NCBI GenBank assembly: GCA_907165135.1
Contig: OU015568.1
Span: 13,888,001 to 13,952,000, forward strand
DNA from: Oikopleura dioica
Taxonomy: Eukaryota; Animalia; Chordata
Direction of reading: 5' to 3'
DNA: 64,000 bases
The stretch's first letter is position 1, and each line of letters starts with the position of its first letter. This document shows, piece after piece, positions 48,410-62,333 of this stretch. The notes below the pieces were generated by a model. That model was given only the letters and a program-made list of their open reading frames with translations. It did not search any database and was not told the origin of the DNA. The position numbers and the translations under genes are program-made.

Positions 48410-50995
48410 CTAACGGTAGGAAGTGTATCTTCTTGAAGAAGAAAAGGAAGAAGACGGCGTGTAACTGCTTGTCGTAGATGATGAATATGGCCTCGAAGAG
48501 TAGGATCCAGTTGAAGAGGATGACAAAGGCGTCTGGCTTTTGTATGAGGAGTAGCTCGAATAAGAAGAAGGAGTGTAGGATGAACTGTATCGTGAAGAAC
48601 TGGAGCTGAGACTGTCGAACGTGCTGTTATTGTTGCTCCGCCCAATCGAGCTTGTGTAACCTCGAGAGTAAGCACCAGAAGTCGAAGAACTCGTAGTGCT
48701 TCTATACTTGGGTGTATATGTGGAAAATCTGTCTTGGTCGGTGAATGAAGATCTAGGTCGGTAACTGACGCTTTCATCCCTTCAAGAATAGTTAGAACGC
48801 ATAAAAATGCGCAGCGAAAACCTGCTTTTCAGTAACGACTCTCGCGCATCCTTTGCTCTTTTCTCAGATTCTGCACACTTTTCATCAATTTCTTTCAGTC
48901 TTTCGCTTAATTTTTTTCTCTGCCTTGTTCTGAACATACTGGCTGATCTTGTTGAAAGACCCATCTTTTCGAATAGCTTTAGTTGATCCTTCTTTTCTAA
49001 GTGAAGAAAGTCCATTTCTTCAACCAGTCCCTTTTCAGTGCTAAAATTTTTGGCGTCAAAAGCCGTTAGAAATGTCCAGCTTACTTGAAGAGAAGAATAG
49101 AATTGTCAATACATGTTAGGTTCGGGGTGCGAGCATCCTCCAAAAATGCGATGCTTTCGATGTTCAGCTTGTCCTCGTTTCGGTAATGAAGAAGTTCCTT
49201 GAAGGAAAGCGACACCAGTCGAACTGGCTCATCTTTTGCAGAGAAGCCGAGAATGACGCTATCCTGCGCTTAAAAGTTTTCCATGATGCTGAAAAGGAGG
49301 CCTTACGTTAGTCACATGTCCTTTAACGTCAGAAATTTGAAGTTTTTCGCCTTGACTGTCTATCGGGCGTATGCGGTTGCAAAAGTAGACTTTTTCGAAT
49401 TCGACTTCGCAGAAGAATTTGACGACGCGGTAAACTTCGATAATTTTATGTACAACGATAAGAAACTGCTCTTCATTGAACATAAACCATTTCGACCAAA
49501 CTGGAACTTTGGGGTCATTATCTTCGATCTGGATTTCTGATATTTCAGCGCCAGTTTTTGTCGAATAAACCCACAACTCTCTATTCCTGTCGCGCAAGTT
49601 GTTACCGACGGTGTTCCATTCAACAACTGCGTATTCGCCAAACACGTTTATATTCGGCTTCCAAGTGAACATGCCAAAGTTCATCGGCTCGAATTCAAAT
49701 TCGTAGAAAAACTCGTGTTCGCCAAACTCAGCATCAAAAAGGGGCCGTTCCAAAGCATCAGAGAGATTGTAACTGACGATTTGATCATTCGAGTTTGCGC
49801 TAAGATGAAATTTTATGACGACTTTGAGATTAGTTATGTAACATAACTTATGTTCACCTGATAAAAAGCTGATTAGGATTAGATGGGTTGAGATGAAGTT
49901 CGCCTGAAGGAAGAATTTGCTGTGAAAGAGTTTCCATGTGATATGTTCAATAGCCTATTGACAATAGGAAAAAAAATATCAAGTCTTTTCCTGAAGCTCG
50001 CTCTCATAGTTGAAGATCTTGGTGCTCCAGGTGTTCCCTGACCAAATAGAACTACACGAGAATTATCATCTGTCTCATATAATTTCTAGCGCTAGAAAAC
50101 ATTCGTTTTAAATAATCCCCTTTTCAAATGATAAAAGACTCAGTAGCGACCACGCCAAGCCAAACTGTGAAAGAAGCCCTCTCGTAAGCACAAAACTGCT
50201 CTCTTCATACGCAAGTTTTTAAACTTGAACACGTTTGCCGAAAAGAAGATCTTGCATAATTTCCTAAGCGTCCACGTTCCGGTGTCAATTACAGAGATCC
50301 AACCATAAGGCTCCAGAACGACAAGTTTATCTTCGAAAATCGTGTAGTGCTGATAATGATATTTTGCAGGCATTTCTTTATCAAGGCTTTAAATCAATAT
50401 AAACATTGCTTTTTGAAAACAACCGAAACACTTCTTCAAAAGGCTAAGAAAGCCTACCCTAATTGCTCATCAATGCTGGTAATATCCTTGATTCTGTGAA
50501 TTTTCCGCTGAAAATTGCCTTTCTTTGTTTTTATTCCAGCTTTTCGCTTTTCTCAGATGTTATTACGCCCTAACGCGAGCTGTCTCTTCCGAGAATTAAT
50601 GAAAATGAAATTTTAAAGCAGTTCTTTTCAACTAAAAACATGAGGGAAAAGGGTAAATCTGTTCCTGTTGTCGATAGAGGAAGCGAGAAATAGAGTCTGT
50701 GACGGTCATAAACTTATTTGAGCAAAATCGTAATTCTTTTAAAAATTTCTTAATCGGCGAATTTCATAAAATAGGAACCTTTGTCGATTTGATCCTCGAA
50801 ATCATCGTTGACAATTGACTCATCTTCTTCTTGCGAAAGAGAAAAGGGGAGAAGTTCGAAGTTTTCGACGAGACTTCGATGATGACGAGATGTGTGTGCT
50901 AAGCTCAAGATATCCTTTGGTTTTAACGTCCAAAATATTTCTTCTATGATGTGATCGAGATTTCTCTCAGCAATTTTTGAAATAATATCATTCAT
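48410..50995 (-). CDS. F-box protein with beta-rich middle and Ser/Tyr-rich tail (multi-exon; could be two genes)
   Basis: LDHIIEEIFWTLKPKDILSLAHTSRHHRSLV is F-box-like; co-oriented exons run down to a S/Y/R-rich final exon with TAG at 48410-48412. Confidence 0.6.
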
Positions 50996-51357
50996 GCTAT
51001 TTTTTCTCAAGAATAGATTTTTCCCAAAATAGGCAACACACCTACACGGGTTCACACGCGTCAGCTGTGATCCAGACTTGATCATCCAGAAGACTCTCCA
51101 ACATTGGAGAATAAACGAGCTTTGGCATAAGCAAAATTAAGATGCAGTTGAAAAGCTCAGTAAGAAAATCGCGTGCAGTATCCTATTAACTTACTGTAAT
51201 TGAACTTCACTTGGTGTCTTGTTATGCAATTTTATTTCGTTTTAATCAGACCCCAAAACGTCAAATGCGGTCGCAACCTTATTTTCCCTTGAATCGCTGC
51301 ATAAAAGAACCATTAACGCTGTTCTCTACTGCAGAATAGAATAGAGTCTTTTTCACC

Positions 51358-52958
51358 ATGGGTGAGGACAAAAAAGAAGACTTTTTTGATATAAGTGGGA
51401 GCTCGTGCGGCTGGTTAAAGTATATTTTTGCGAATAAGATCAGTATTCCGAGAAGGCTTATGTGGGCGATGGTTTTCATAAGTGGCAATTATGTCGCTTT
51501 CTACCACATCTGGCGAATCGGAGTCAAATACTATCAGGTTCGATTATTGTTGTAACTACTCTAGTAAATGTTCAGTACCCACATTCAATAAAAGATCGAG
51601 CAAAATACGAAGTCGACTCTTTTCCCGTGATAACTGTTTGTCTAAACTCCATGCACTCGCGAAAAAAATTGATGAAACTTCACCCAGAGTTGGGAATTCA
51701 ACATCGTGGTAATGAGATCAAAGACAATTGCTCCCTCTGGGATTTCTACGGGCACAACCACGACGGGTACAAACATGATCTGTCGCTTTTTGACCACATC
51801 GATCTTGAAACTTTCTACAACGAAACCTATTCTGCCTTTCTTATGATCTCATGCAAGTACAAAAAAGACGACTGCACCAAGTGGTGGAAGGTAAACGAAG
51901 CATTCGATCATCTTTTAAAATTTTCTAGCGTACATTGACTCTGTATGGAAACTGTCAAGTTCTGGATCTTGCCGCCGTGCCGGACATAAAGTCGAAATCG
52001 CCCGATGGATTTCGTTCATTGCAGATGGTTCTAGCGTACAATCAAAGTGACTGGACATATGGTTGGAACTCGTTCATGGATGGATTCTCAATATTTTACA
52101 ACCCAGAAGGAGAGACTGTTCTCGATCCCATGAGAAGGTAATTCTTGATAAGAATGTTTAGGATATTCAATTTACTAGCATTACCGTCAATTCCCGAATC
52201 GTTCCAATCATGTTTCTCCAGCAACATCGTAACATCAAACTTGGGCAGCCCTACACCGAGTGCATCAAAAACGGATCTCTTGCCTATTTCGACCACTACA
52301 GCAAATATAATTGCAACTACGAGTGCTTGATCAAAGAAGTCTACAAAAAGTGCAGATGTTGGGTTCCATATTTTCCGAAGACTACTGACTATCCTGTTTG
52401 TATGTACCACGAGCACACGAGATGCGTCGCACATATTCTCAAGGAGTTCATGTATTCAAACTGCACTTGCCCGGTTCCTTGCTCGGAGCTCTTTTATAAG
52501 AAAACAGTTTATTACACTGAGATGCATCAGAACTTCCGGAATAAAACAGCGGAAATGCTCAAACGATTCCCAGATATTGCGTTGGCTTCAGTACGAATCT
52601 CGCTTCCAGAAAACTACGAAATGCAACACGAAGAACAAGCTGACTACGAAATAAGCCAGCTTTTCTCAGGTCTAAACTATTTTCATTTAGACATTGAATT
52701 TTGACTTTAGATGTTGGTGGAGCAATGAGCCTCATTCTTGGGATTTCTCTTGTATCCCTTCTCGAGCTTTGTGAGCTCTTCTGCATTGGATCCCGAATGG
52801 GCTGGTTGAATAGAAAATTAATCGCCGCCAAGTCAAGAAGTAGCTTCCAACAAATCGGTCCCGCAATGGTCGGTCTTGCAAACTCGATGAAAGGCTCCGT
52901 TGGTATTATTGCAAACTCGGATGCGAGAGGTAATGAGTTACCTGAAGCGCGTACTTAA
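51358..52958 (+). CDS. DEG/ENaC/ASIC family ion channel subunit
   Basis: RRLMW before TM1; FPVITVC; TLYGNC; Cys-rich thumb (YSKYNCNYEC..CRC..CTCPVPC); DVGGAMSLILGISLVSLLEL in TM2. Confidence 0.93.
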
Positions 52959-53371
52959 ATACTACCTACTTCAAGACTGTCCTTCAAAAACGAATTTACC
53001 TGAGAATTCGGAAATTAATAGAAGCAAAAAGGACACGTTTGGTAAAAAATTTATAAAGATAAATCATCGTAGACAAAAATTCAGTTGAAATAAAAGAAGA
53101 ATCGGACAATGAAACAGTGTTGTCACCGGACTCCCCATATCTAAGGTAAATATTAAAAATCTTGCAGCATTTTTTCCGTCTTTCAGATTTTTCAAAAGAG
53201 TTTATCCGATGAATAATGATGGTTTCATTTTCTCAAACTCCAGCCTGGAAGAACCTGAGTATTTTTATGTCCCAAAAGAAAACTCCCGAAAAACGAACTA
53301 GTCCGTCAAACGGATACGATGTGCGATATAAACGTTACTGTTGTGAAAAAACTATCTTTTATTCAAATAAT

Positions 53372-55636
53372 CTAAGCGAAATATGCATGCAAAAACACAC
53401 ATGAAACAGCAAGAAAAACAGCGGCAACGTTCGCTGCAATGTTCCACGATTTTTCCTCCTTGAGAATTTTACAGGGATCCTCTTCGACATCATGTTCCTC
53501 GTTCGGTTGTTCTTCTGCGATGGAAATTTCTTCAGAGGAAGTTTTATTTTCACGAACAAGGCATTTCAGCCATTTGGGCACTTCTTGAGCAGAAATTAGA
53601 ATTCGTAAATTTTGAGCTATTTTACCTGCTTGAGAGATTTCCTCCTTAGGTTTCAAATCGCTAATAGATTTGCGTTTTTTATTAGAAAACCGAGTCCAGT
53701 ATGTCATTCGTGGAAGATATCTGAGAATTATTATCACCAGCCGTTTTTACTTCCTTACCTTGGATCGAGTGGCGGAGTCAAAAGTGAAACGACAATTGCG
53801 ATGATCACCGTTAAAAATGCCAATAAAATCGCAAAATGTAAATAATGCATCTTCGACAAGACCAAAGGTTTTGGAAGCGTATCGCCACATAGTCCTGTTG
53901 GTTGTGTGAATTCAAGTAGCATTTTAGTCAGACCGATAATTAGTCCACATAGAAGCCCCCAAAAAGCTCCTGGCTCGTTGCAACGCGGCCAGAATATGCC
54001 AAGAACGAAAATTGTTACAACTGGTGGGCCGAGATACGATGTGATTGCTTGAATGTAGTCAAAGAGCTGTCCGTCAGATGAATTTTGAACGATAGGTAGC
54101 CAAAGAATTGAAATACCGCAGAGAGCAAGCATTGTTAGTCTTGAGATAATTAGCAGTTCTGCTTGCGAAGCATTTTTGCGAATTTTCGCATAGATATCTA
54201 CAAAAATCACAAAAAGATCGAATGAATAGAAGTACCTAATGTAAATAAAGTAGCACCAGAATTGAACGTTGAGGTGAGAGAACTCATGAGTGCGGCAAGC
54301 ATGACGGCCATGAGCATTCCTCGTAATCCTGCTGGTAAGAGACGAAGAATAAGTGTTGGATAAGCGATATTAGAGCAGCCAATATTAGAGTTGCAGTAAG
54401 ACTTGCAATTGTCAGGATCAACGCAAGCAACTTTTGAAAAGTTATTTTATGTTTTCAATATGAATTTTTTCATTTATAAATATACGATGCTTTGATTCAA
54501 TAACTGATTCCTTCATCGGTAAATAAGATGCGAGAGATCATTCCTGGAAACACCATCAGAAACACTGGTGTTACTTTGATAAGTCCGGCAATTACACATC
54601 CCAACTTCACATGGGACAAGTTTTTCGCAGCTAAACAGCGTTGAACAAGCACTTGATCAGTACACCAATACCACGTTGCAATTACAGTCAAGCCGAAAAT
54701 TGCACCTGGCCAGGGTAGATCGGCGTCGGGTGCTCGCAGAACATGATCGAAATCATCTCTAACGGCACCACATGCGTCGCCATTCTGCGTTTCTAGAGGC
54801 GAAAGGTAGTCGGAAGGAATCGAACAGTTGTACTTGGCCCAGAGACTGTCCCATGCAGACTCATTCTCGCTTCCAATCTCATTGAACGCATAAACCGCCA
54901 TAATGACTGAACCGATAACCATGATCACAGTTTGAAGAGCTTCAACGTAAATGACAGCCTTCAATCCACCGGCGACAGAATACGCAGCTGTGATAGCAAG
55001 GAGGATGATGATAGCCACATATAAATTCAGTGATGGAATCGCAAGAGAAATGAATAACGAGCCAGAGAATAAATCTGCGCTAATCTTCGTAAAAATATAA
55101 ATGAAGAGAGATAAAACTGCTAAATAAAGCTGAATTCGCTCTCCAGGAAATCGACGTTGGAGGAACTCGGGCATAGTCTTGATTCCAGATGCAAGATAGA
55201 CTGGAACGAAAAGCCATCCAAGCATCAGCAAGCAAATCATTGCATTCCACTCAAACACGCCAACTGCGATGCCAGCAGCGGCTCCTGATCCAGCCAAGCC
55301 AATGAAGGAAGAGCTTCCAATATTCGAGCTGTATAGGGAAAACGCGACAGGTAAAAACCACATGGATCGGCCTGCAAGAAGAAAGTCTGTTGCAGCTGAC
55401 GAAGAAGCCTTCTTCTTTCCGATGAGAGAAATGCCAAGACCTGCTCCAAGGACAATGACGAAATAAACGCCAATAACTAGCCAGTCTCCCCACTCAAGAA
55501 CAAGTCGAGCATTTCCTGCGTCGTCGACTGGTCGATCGTAGCAAGACTGTGGTTTAACATCGCTTCCATAGGGGATATTTCGTAGCCGGAAATTGCAGTA
55601 TTCTTGGATAGTCGGATTGCGACTATCACAAGACAT
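53372..55636 (-). CDS. Sodium/glucose cotransporter family (SLC5A, SGLT-like)
   Basis: [23 protein letters not shown]; [18 protein letters not shown]; [11 protein letters not shown]; [15 protein letters not shown]; [10 protein letters not shown]. Confidence 0.95.
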
Positions 55637-55951
55637 GACTCTTTCTCTTGAATCTTTTTCGGTTATCTTCAAGAAGAATGAAGAACATTTGGTACTTTCA
55701 CTTGAGCAAATTTGACGGAGAGACCGATGAAAAGAATGGCTGTTTTATAGGCAAATTTATCTTATGTGTATATGAACTGAGAATATTTATTCTGAATTGA
55801 ACTTCTTCTAAATTAAAATATGTCAAACTATTCTTAACATATAGAAATATAATCATGAGTCAATTAACTGACTCCAGGGCAAGGTGATCGTCATCATAAA
55901 AGTTCTTTTATTATACTAGTGCGATGATAATCCGACTCGTTTGGCTCACTC

Positions 55952-57053
55952 ATGAAACAAAGGAACAATGAGAGGAATTTCAACAACATCGCTTTTTCTG
56001 TTAATTTTTCTTATGCACAAGAAATAACTGTAGTGGACAAGATCTTCTCCAGCGATGTTAATTGTGAAGCGACAGAAGGCTGCGATCCCGAAAATGGTAG
56101 TATAAGAACCACTAGCTTTTTCAATTCAATAACAATCCGATAGACCCTAAACATCCACAGAGAGTAGCAATATGTAAAGCATATGTTCCTCACGAAGAGT
56201 CCACTGACTTGACGTTTTATTTCGATGGACAACGAAGAAACAGCGCCGCTGATATGGTCTGTGAAAATAACAATAATCGAACTGTTTGCGAAGTTTCATT
56301 GACTTTGACTGAGCCAATTACCCGGGACATGCATCAATCAGAAGTAAAATGTGTCTATGCAGACGAGCGGGACGACATTGAAAGAGGTAAGGCTAACTCC
56401 GAAGACCTGGATTCACCAGCTACTAAAATTCTTTTCAGAATCGACGGCGAAATTGAATGTTCTTCATCCTCCAACAGTTTTAATGACAGGAGATCAGGAA
56501 AGGGTTACAAATTAAAAAAAATAATATCGACTAATCGTAGTAAAGCCTGACTGAAGAGAATGTTCAAAGACGAGAATGTGCTCAACTGTACTGCATCTGG
56601 GTATCCAACGCCGATAATTGGGGTCAATAGCTTGGTTCAAAAGGAAATCTCCAAAAGCTACAAAGGCGAGAGTTTGGATGTTACGGACGGAATCGCAATC
56701 ATCCCTAAAGAAACAAAATGGGATCAAGTGATTGTCTGCTACGCTCAGAATGGAATTAACGCAGTTGCCGAAAAAAGAAAAGAATCTATCGTCAGGTTTG
56801 TTCAACAACACCTACCCTGCTAATAGCTCAATGTCCTTTCTCATAAGGAACTTCATTTTCTTTATTTAGCGCGACATATTCGGATCTCTTCCTGCCTCAC
56901 TTTTTCGTAAGATACATGCTCATCATGTATTTTTTCTTCTTCGGTGCAAGTGCTATCATCCTGATTTACTGCTACTACGAAATGCAACGCCCTGATAAAC
57001 GATTCGGCACTGTCGCACGAGGCGGACTAAGTACCAAACCTCTGATCAACTAA
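55952..57053 (+). CDS. Single-pass membrane protein with Ig-like domains (start uncertain)
   Basis: LNCTASGYPTP..CYAQNG Ig motif; VSLTL..VKCVY; C-terminal TM YMLIMYFFFFGASAIILIYCYY. Confidence 0.6.
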
Positions 57054-57317
57054 CATGCAAATAAACTATCAAAAATACGCTCAAATGATTTCTGGGTATA
57101 ATTTGAGCACTGTGAATCAACAGATTATATATATTTAAAGGAAGGCACAGAAAAGAAACAGAAATTTAAACCGTGAATATGCTGTTTGATATTCAAGGGA
57201 GGATTGAAAGAAGAAGGTGTATATTGCAGAAATCCCATATAAAGGCGAAGGTGTCAAGTTTTAAAGGAAAGCGTAATTGTTAACTTAAAGGAGATAGTAA
57301 AATCGATTCGATAGTGT

Positions 57318-58404
57318 TTAGCTCGATGGAGTTTCAGCAGCAGGCTTTGATAGGTCTTGAGCAGGTTGATCTCTTGAGATTTCTTGAGGCGTCGGAGAGG
57401 CAGCAGGTGCCGCCTCTTCAGTGTTTTCAGAAGGTGCTTCAGTGCTCTGTGAATTTTTCTCAGCTTCTTCAGCTGCTTTTTTCTTTGCTTCAGCGATTGC
57501 GTTTTCCTTCGCCTCTTGTTCCAGTCGGAGTTTCTCCGCAGCTTCTGCCTCTCGTTTCGCCACGATTTCTGGGTCCATGCTCAGCTTGAATGTCAACTCT
57601 TCGAGCTTTTTCTGTTTTCGCTCTTCGTTCATCTGGATCAGATCCATGAGATGCTCGGTCAGGTTGTCCTTCAATAATGATTTGACTGACTCCCAATTTT
57701 CCACTACCTTTGTCTCAGTTTTTTGCTGGAGATCGAACTTAGCATCGACGTACTCTTTCTCTGCTGTTTGAAATCGACGATTTGCTTCGCTAAACTCTAC
57801 GCAAGCCTTGTCGATTTGATCGCGGATTACGGCAACGTCCGCATTAAGTAGGTTATCCAATTTAACTAAATTCAAATTTCGAAAACGAAAGCATATTGAA
57901 TCATACCTAATTCATCCTGAATCGTCGCGAGCATTTTGCTTTCCAATGCAGCTTTCTTTTGCCGAGAGATGACTTCTTGAGCTAGAGCGGCTCTTCGCCT
58001 TTTATTCTTCTCCTCCATCTCTTTTTGAATCTTCTCGACTTCTTGGATCTCCATCTTTTTCTTTTGCTCGGCAACTTCTTCTTCAATAAAATCCGGCTAA
58101 ATTCAATCAAAAACAGTCAGCTGATTCGCAAACTTACCACTTCAGGTTGATTTGATGAGGTGTCAACTTTGTTCACTTGGATCTCTTCTTTGGGTTCCAG
58201 TTTAGCTGGTTCAGCGTTTGTACTAGTAGGGAGGAGGGCTTCATCAGGTAATTTTTTCGGCGGTTTTGGCTTTGAGGTCTTTTTAGCGGCGAGTGCCTTT
58301 TTCGGCGATTTCGACGAGGCTGGTTTAGCTTTGGTCGCTGTTGAATCGCCGCCACTTCGGAGGTGGCGAAGTTCTGCGTCCGAAAACCCACCCCAATCTG
58401 ACAT
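57318..58404 (-). CDS. GORAB: RAB6-interacting golgin
   Basis: MSDWGGFSDAELRHLR N-terminus; coiled coil LDNLLNADVAVIRDQID..AEKEYVDAK..LTEHL..NEERKQKKLEEL. Confidence 0.88.
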
Positions 58405-58502
58405 TCTAAAAAGAGCGATTCAATCTTTTCTACGAAAATATAATTTATAAAATATAAAGAAAAATAAGAGAGCAAGCATCAATGGGCACTTTGGGTAAAT
58501 AC

Positions 58503-60068
58503 TTAAAGTCGCATATTGCGAACACGGAAATTTATCAAGGGAATCGGGTTGATTTCCTCGATATCGTCGGTAAGCAACTGCGAAGAGGATCCAGCGACAC
58601 GAATAGGTGTTGTAACGAGCAGATCCGACATGTTTGGCGAGATCAAGTTTGCTTCTGATTTTCTTCGTCGTTCCAGAAGCTTAGCAGCTGGCCGACGTGG
58701 AGCGAAGGCAGAGCGTTGTCGGGTCTCAAGAATGTCGATATTGGTTTTTGTTCTTCTGGGCTTCTTTTGTCGTAGTCTGATCTTCTTGCCATCAATTGGA
58801 CACTCTGAAAGAATAATCAGATAAAATTGCGTCTTATAATAAAAACCTGTATGATTTTGACACCAAGTATCGATACAATCACGGTGAAAGTAGTGACTAC
58901 AAGAGTCCAATCGTTTGACATAATGCGCCGGGTCGAACGCTTGTAAACATATTCGACACTGCATACCATCTTTTAGTAGCCGCTGATTAGCACCCACTTT
59001 GTGGCAAGGCAGTAAGTTCAAAACATGATCTGGAACCCCAGGTCTATCAGGAGAAGCGGGTCGGTCTAGCTCAAGGAGTCGTTCGTAGTCTTCTTCTTGG
59101 ATTTCGCGGCCTTGGAGCTCAAGCGTTAGTTGGTGATTCGCCAAGTTTCGTTTTGCTGGTTTTAGACTTTGTCCCGGTCGCTCACGGACATTGAATCGAA
59201 CATGTGGCCTTGCTCCATTACGATAGCATTGACCGCATAAATTCACAGCATCTCCGATTCCTATGTAGAGTTTTCCCTTTATCGGCGTCATCGAACAATC
59301 GGCACAAACGCTGCCGCTATGAATGACATCCTTGTGCTTTTTCCTCTCCCAAGTGTTGGTGAATTCACGCCGTAGCTGCTCTTTTGGTGCAAATGTTTGC
59401 CTGCAATAAGGGCATTGAATGTCACCACCATCGCCGCGTTGCATTGTGTCTTGATGCTCGGCCCAGACCTTCATACACCGAATATGAGCAGCGTTATTGC
59501 AGCATCGACACCAAGTGATAGGCATGCGGACTTCAAGAAGCTCTTCTTGGCAAATAGGGCAAACATCGTCAGCATTGAGTGCTCTTCCAGGAGTAGGGCC
59601 ACTTTCAGGTGGTTGTTCAGAATCGCCAGATTGCTCCACCGGCTTCGTTTCTTTTCGAGCATGATCCCCGCGGAGAAGCTCATCGAATTCGCGGGGGACA
59701 AAGCCTCCTTGCCAGATCAGTGGATTTGTTTTAGCCATTCGAAAGCGCTTCAGCAGCACCCAGCAAATATGCTTGCAGATAGTGCGCTCGCGCTTGAAAG
59801 CTATACAACTGCAACTATGAATTGCGCCAAGAGTGACTTTATAGACTCGCTAAAATCATTGATAAACAGGGTTTATACGGTAGCATACCTTCGCGCTTGA
59901 ACCTCCGTTTCCGTCAGCTTGCTGCTCTCGTACAGATGAGCCGTCTTTCAAAGTGAAAGAGGTTGGGCCATGAGTTCTTAGGATAAAAAATGAACTTTGG
60001 TCCGCCCTTTGTAATGCCGCCTTCGTGATATCCGAGGGCGACGAAACCCATCCCACTGCTCGAGACAT
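58503..60068 (-). CDS. ZSWIM2: E3 ligase ZSWIM2 (SWIM-RING-ZZ-RING)
   Basis: ILRTHGPTSFTLK; SWIM CSC..CKHICWVLLKRF; RING CPICQEE..HIRCMKVWAEH..CPYCR; second RING CRICL..CSHYFHRDCIDTW. Confidence 0.9.
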
Positions 60069-60190
60069 GTCTAAATCAGAATGATTTACATGGCAATCTT
60101 CGTGAAATTCAAGTTTTGAGTGGTAATTTATTCTAAAGTCGTCAGGCAGATGGCCAGCGAAGGCAATTTCGAACAACAGAAATAAATAAT

Positions 60191-60817
60191 TTAGTCAAGT
60201 TCGTCTTCCTTGAGCTCGCCACAGTCGGCAATAGTGAAGTTCGCTCTAGGTCGGCCACTTTGGCTGCCGTACTTATTCATGATATCAACGATTTCTTTGC
60301 CATCGACAACTTCACCAAAGACGGTATGCTTGCCGTCTAGCCATGGGCAGGGAATAAAAGTGATGAAGAACTGCGAGCCGTTAGTGTTAGGACCGGCATT
60401 GGCCATCGAAAGGAGGTAGGGCTGCTCGTGCCGGATGTTAAAGTTTTCGTCGGCAAAGGTTCGGCCGTAGATACTCTTGAATCAACTATAAGAGCAAGCA
60501 TGTTATTGTTTGGGTACCTTTCCGCCAGTGCCATTGCCAGCAGTAAAGTCCCCGCCCTGAGCCATAAAGTCGTTGATTATTCTGTGGAAGCTGGATCCTT
60601 TGTATCCAAAGCCAGCTTCTCCAGTACACAGCTGACGGAAATTCTCGGCAGTTTTTGGCACAACATCATCATAAAGCTACTCAATATATAAGAAATAGAA
60701 TCGACTATCAAAAACCTTGAAGGTGATACGCTGGGTACCTTCTCCACCAGCGTTGATGTCAAAGAAGACTTTGGTAGAGGCAAATCGGTTGATCAATGAT
60801 CGAGAGCTTCGCAACAT
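60191..60817 (-). CDS. Cyclophilin-type PPIase with presequence-like N-terminus (CypD/PPIF-like)
   Basis: [13 protein letters not shown]; [15 protein letters not shown]; [14 protein letters not shown]; [29 protein letters not shown]. Confidence 0.95.
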
Positions 60818-60870
60818 GATCAAGTCTAAAAGAAAATAATAAGAGGAGTGATGTTTATTTATTATTATGT

Positions 60871-62208
60871 TTACGAAGACCTTGAAAGTAACAGTGAAAG
60901 AATTACAGCTAAGATAGCGACCAAGAGCGCCATTATTATATTTTTGTTGGGCGAGTTGTTACTCGAGGGGTTGCTATTAGAAATTTTAGTTGATGATTGT
61001 TCTTCATCGCGAAGTCTGTCTATATCGGTCGTATTTTTTACTTCTGGTTCCGCATACTAAAAAGAAACATAATAAAAGATAAAGATTCTCGAGCACTAAC
61101 CTCGAAGGGTTCCGTGGATTCTGATATGTTGAAGATAAACTCGAGGTCGTCGCCTGCTTTTGTTTGAAAATTCTCGTACAACGAGATTGGAAAGCCACCA
61201 TTGATTGATGTGAATACTCGTCTAGCCAGTATTCCATTTGTCATAAGAGGGTTGTCTTCATCAAGCTCTAGGATGAGATCCTCGGTGAAAATCTCAAATC
61301 TTTTCGATAACGAGCGCTGTACATCCATTCTAGTTGAGTTTTAGGAGTGAAGATAAAACGAAGGATTACCTGATTAGTTCTTTCAAATCACTTATGGAAG
61401 ATTTTCTAGTGATAGCAGCTCTTACTGCAATAGAGATTTGTAAATTCATAGAGGGACTATCGGCTAATTGAATCGGCGCATCATGACCTTCATGATAGAT
61501 ATCAGCCATCAGAAATTCAGGAACTGTTGACGCATTTTTTGGAATAACAAGCTCGCCATTTTCGCTGAATCTATTATTGACGAAGAGTTCGAAACTGGAT
61601 AATTTTTCGACTGCGAAGTTCGTTATTTGCTTCCCGACTTCTGAGGCGTAGAGTTTTTGCGATTTGGAAAGGATGGGAAGTGAAAATTGAAAGGATGCTT
61701 GGGAGCGGATCTGTGTCAGGGGGAATTTTGATGAAGACACAGTCTTTACTTCTACTTTTTGAACATCTCCAGAGTCTCGAATACGTTTGGCCCGAATACT
61801 TCCATCTAAAATGCCGGGTTATTTTTAATAGACTACAGATTTTTTACCTTCGATGTACGCAAAGATGGTCTCGTTTGCTATATGTCCCTCCCGTCTTAAT
61901 TTCTTCGTACTTTTTAGCCAGTCACTATTTTCTTTCTCATCAACAAAGAAGCCTCCAAGAACGTTTATTCCACCGCTTAGCCGAGCGATGACTTCTCTTG
62001 TGTGATTGTAAATATGCTCATACAAGGCACACTCAGATTCTTTATCTTGAGAAGGAGTTTCCACAAAATTTTGTATTAACAATTTTCCTAGAGAGAAATA
62101 ACCAGATTGTTTTTAATTGTTATTATTACCAGGCGAATACAGGGCGCCTACAATAAGACCATTTCCATTCGATGGAAGAGACAGATTGCTCGGAAGCAAA
62201 AGGTCCAT
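60871..62208 (-). CDS. ODR4: ODR-4 homolog (GPCR trafficking factor)
   Basis: GLIVG..ETP; HTREVIARLSGGINVLGGF; LARRVF..GFPISLYEN; C-terminal TM anchor. Confidence 0.8.
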
Positions 62209-62333
62209 TCTTAATGAAAAAATATGTATATTGGGAATCGTGATATGCCTTTTATTTGAACTTGATGGCACGTGGCAGTTGTAATGTGAAAAGTTGATAA
62301 AGGGAATGTGAAAAGTAAAACGTAGGTGATCGG

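Noticed and set aside
48376-48777. Listed 133-aa ORF (MKASVTDL...) as the real protein
   Set aside because: The overlapping S/Y-rich frame is a more coherent continuation of the upstream exons.
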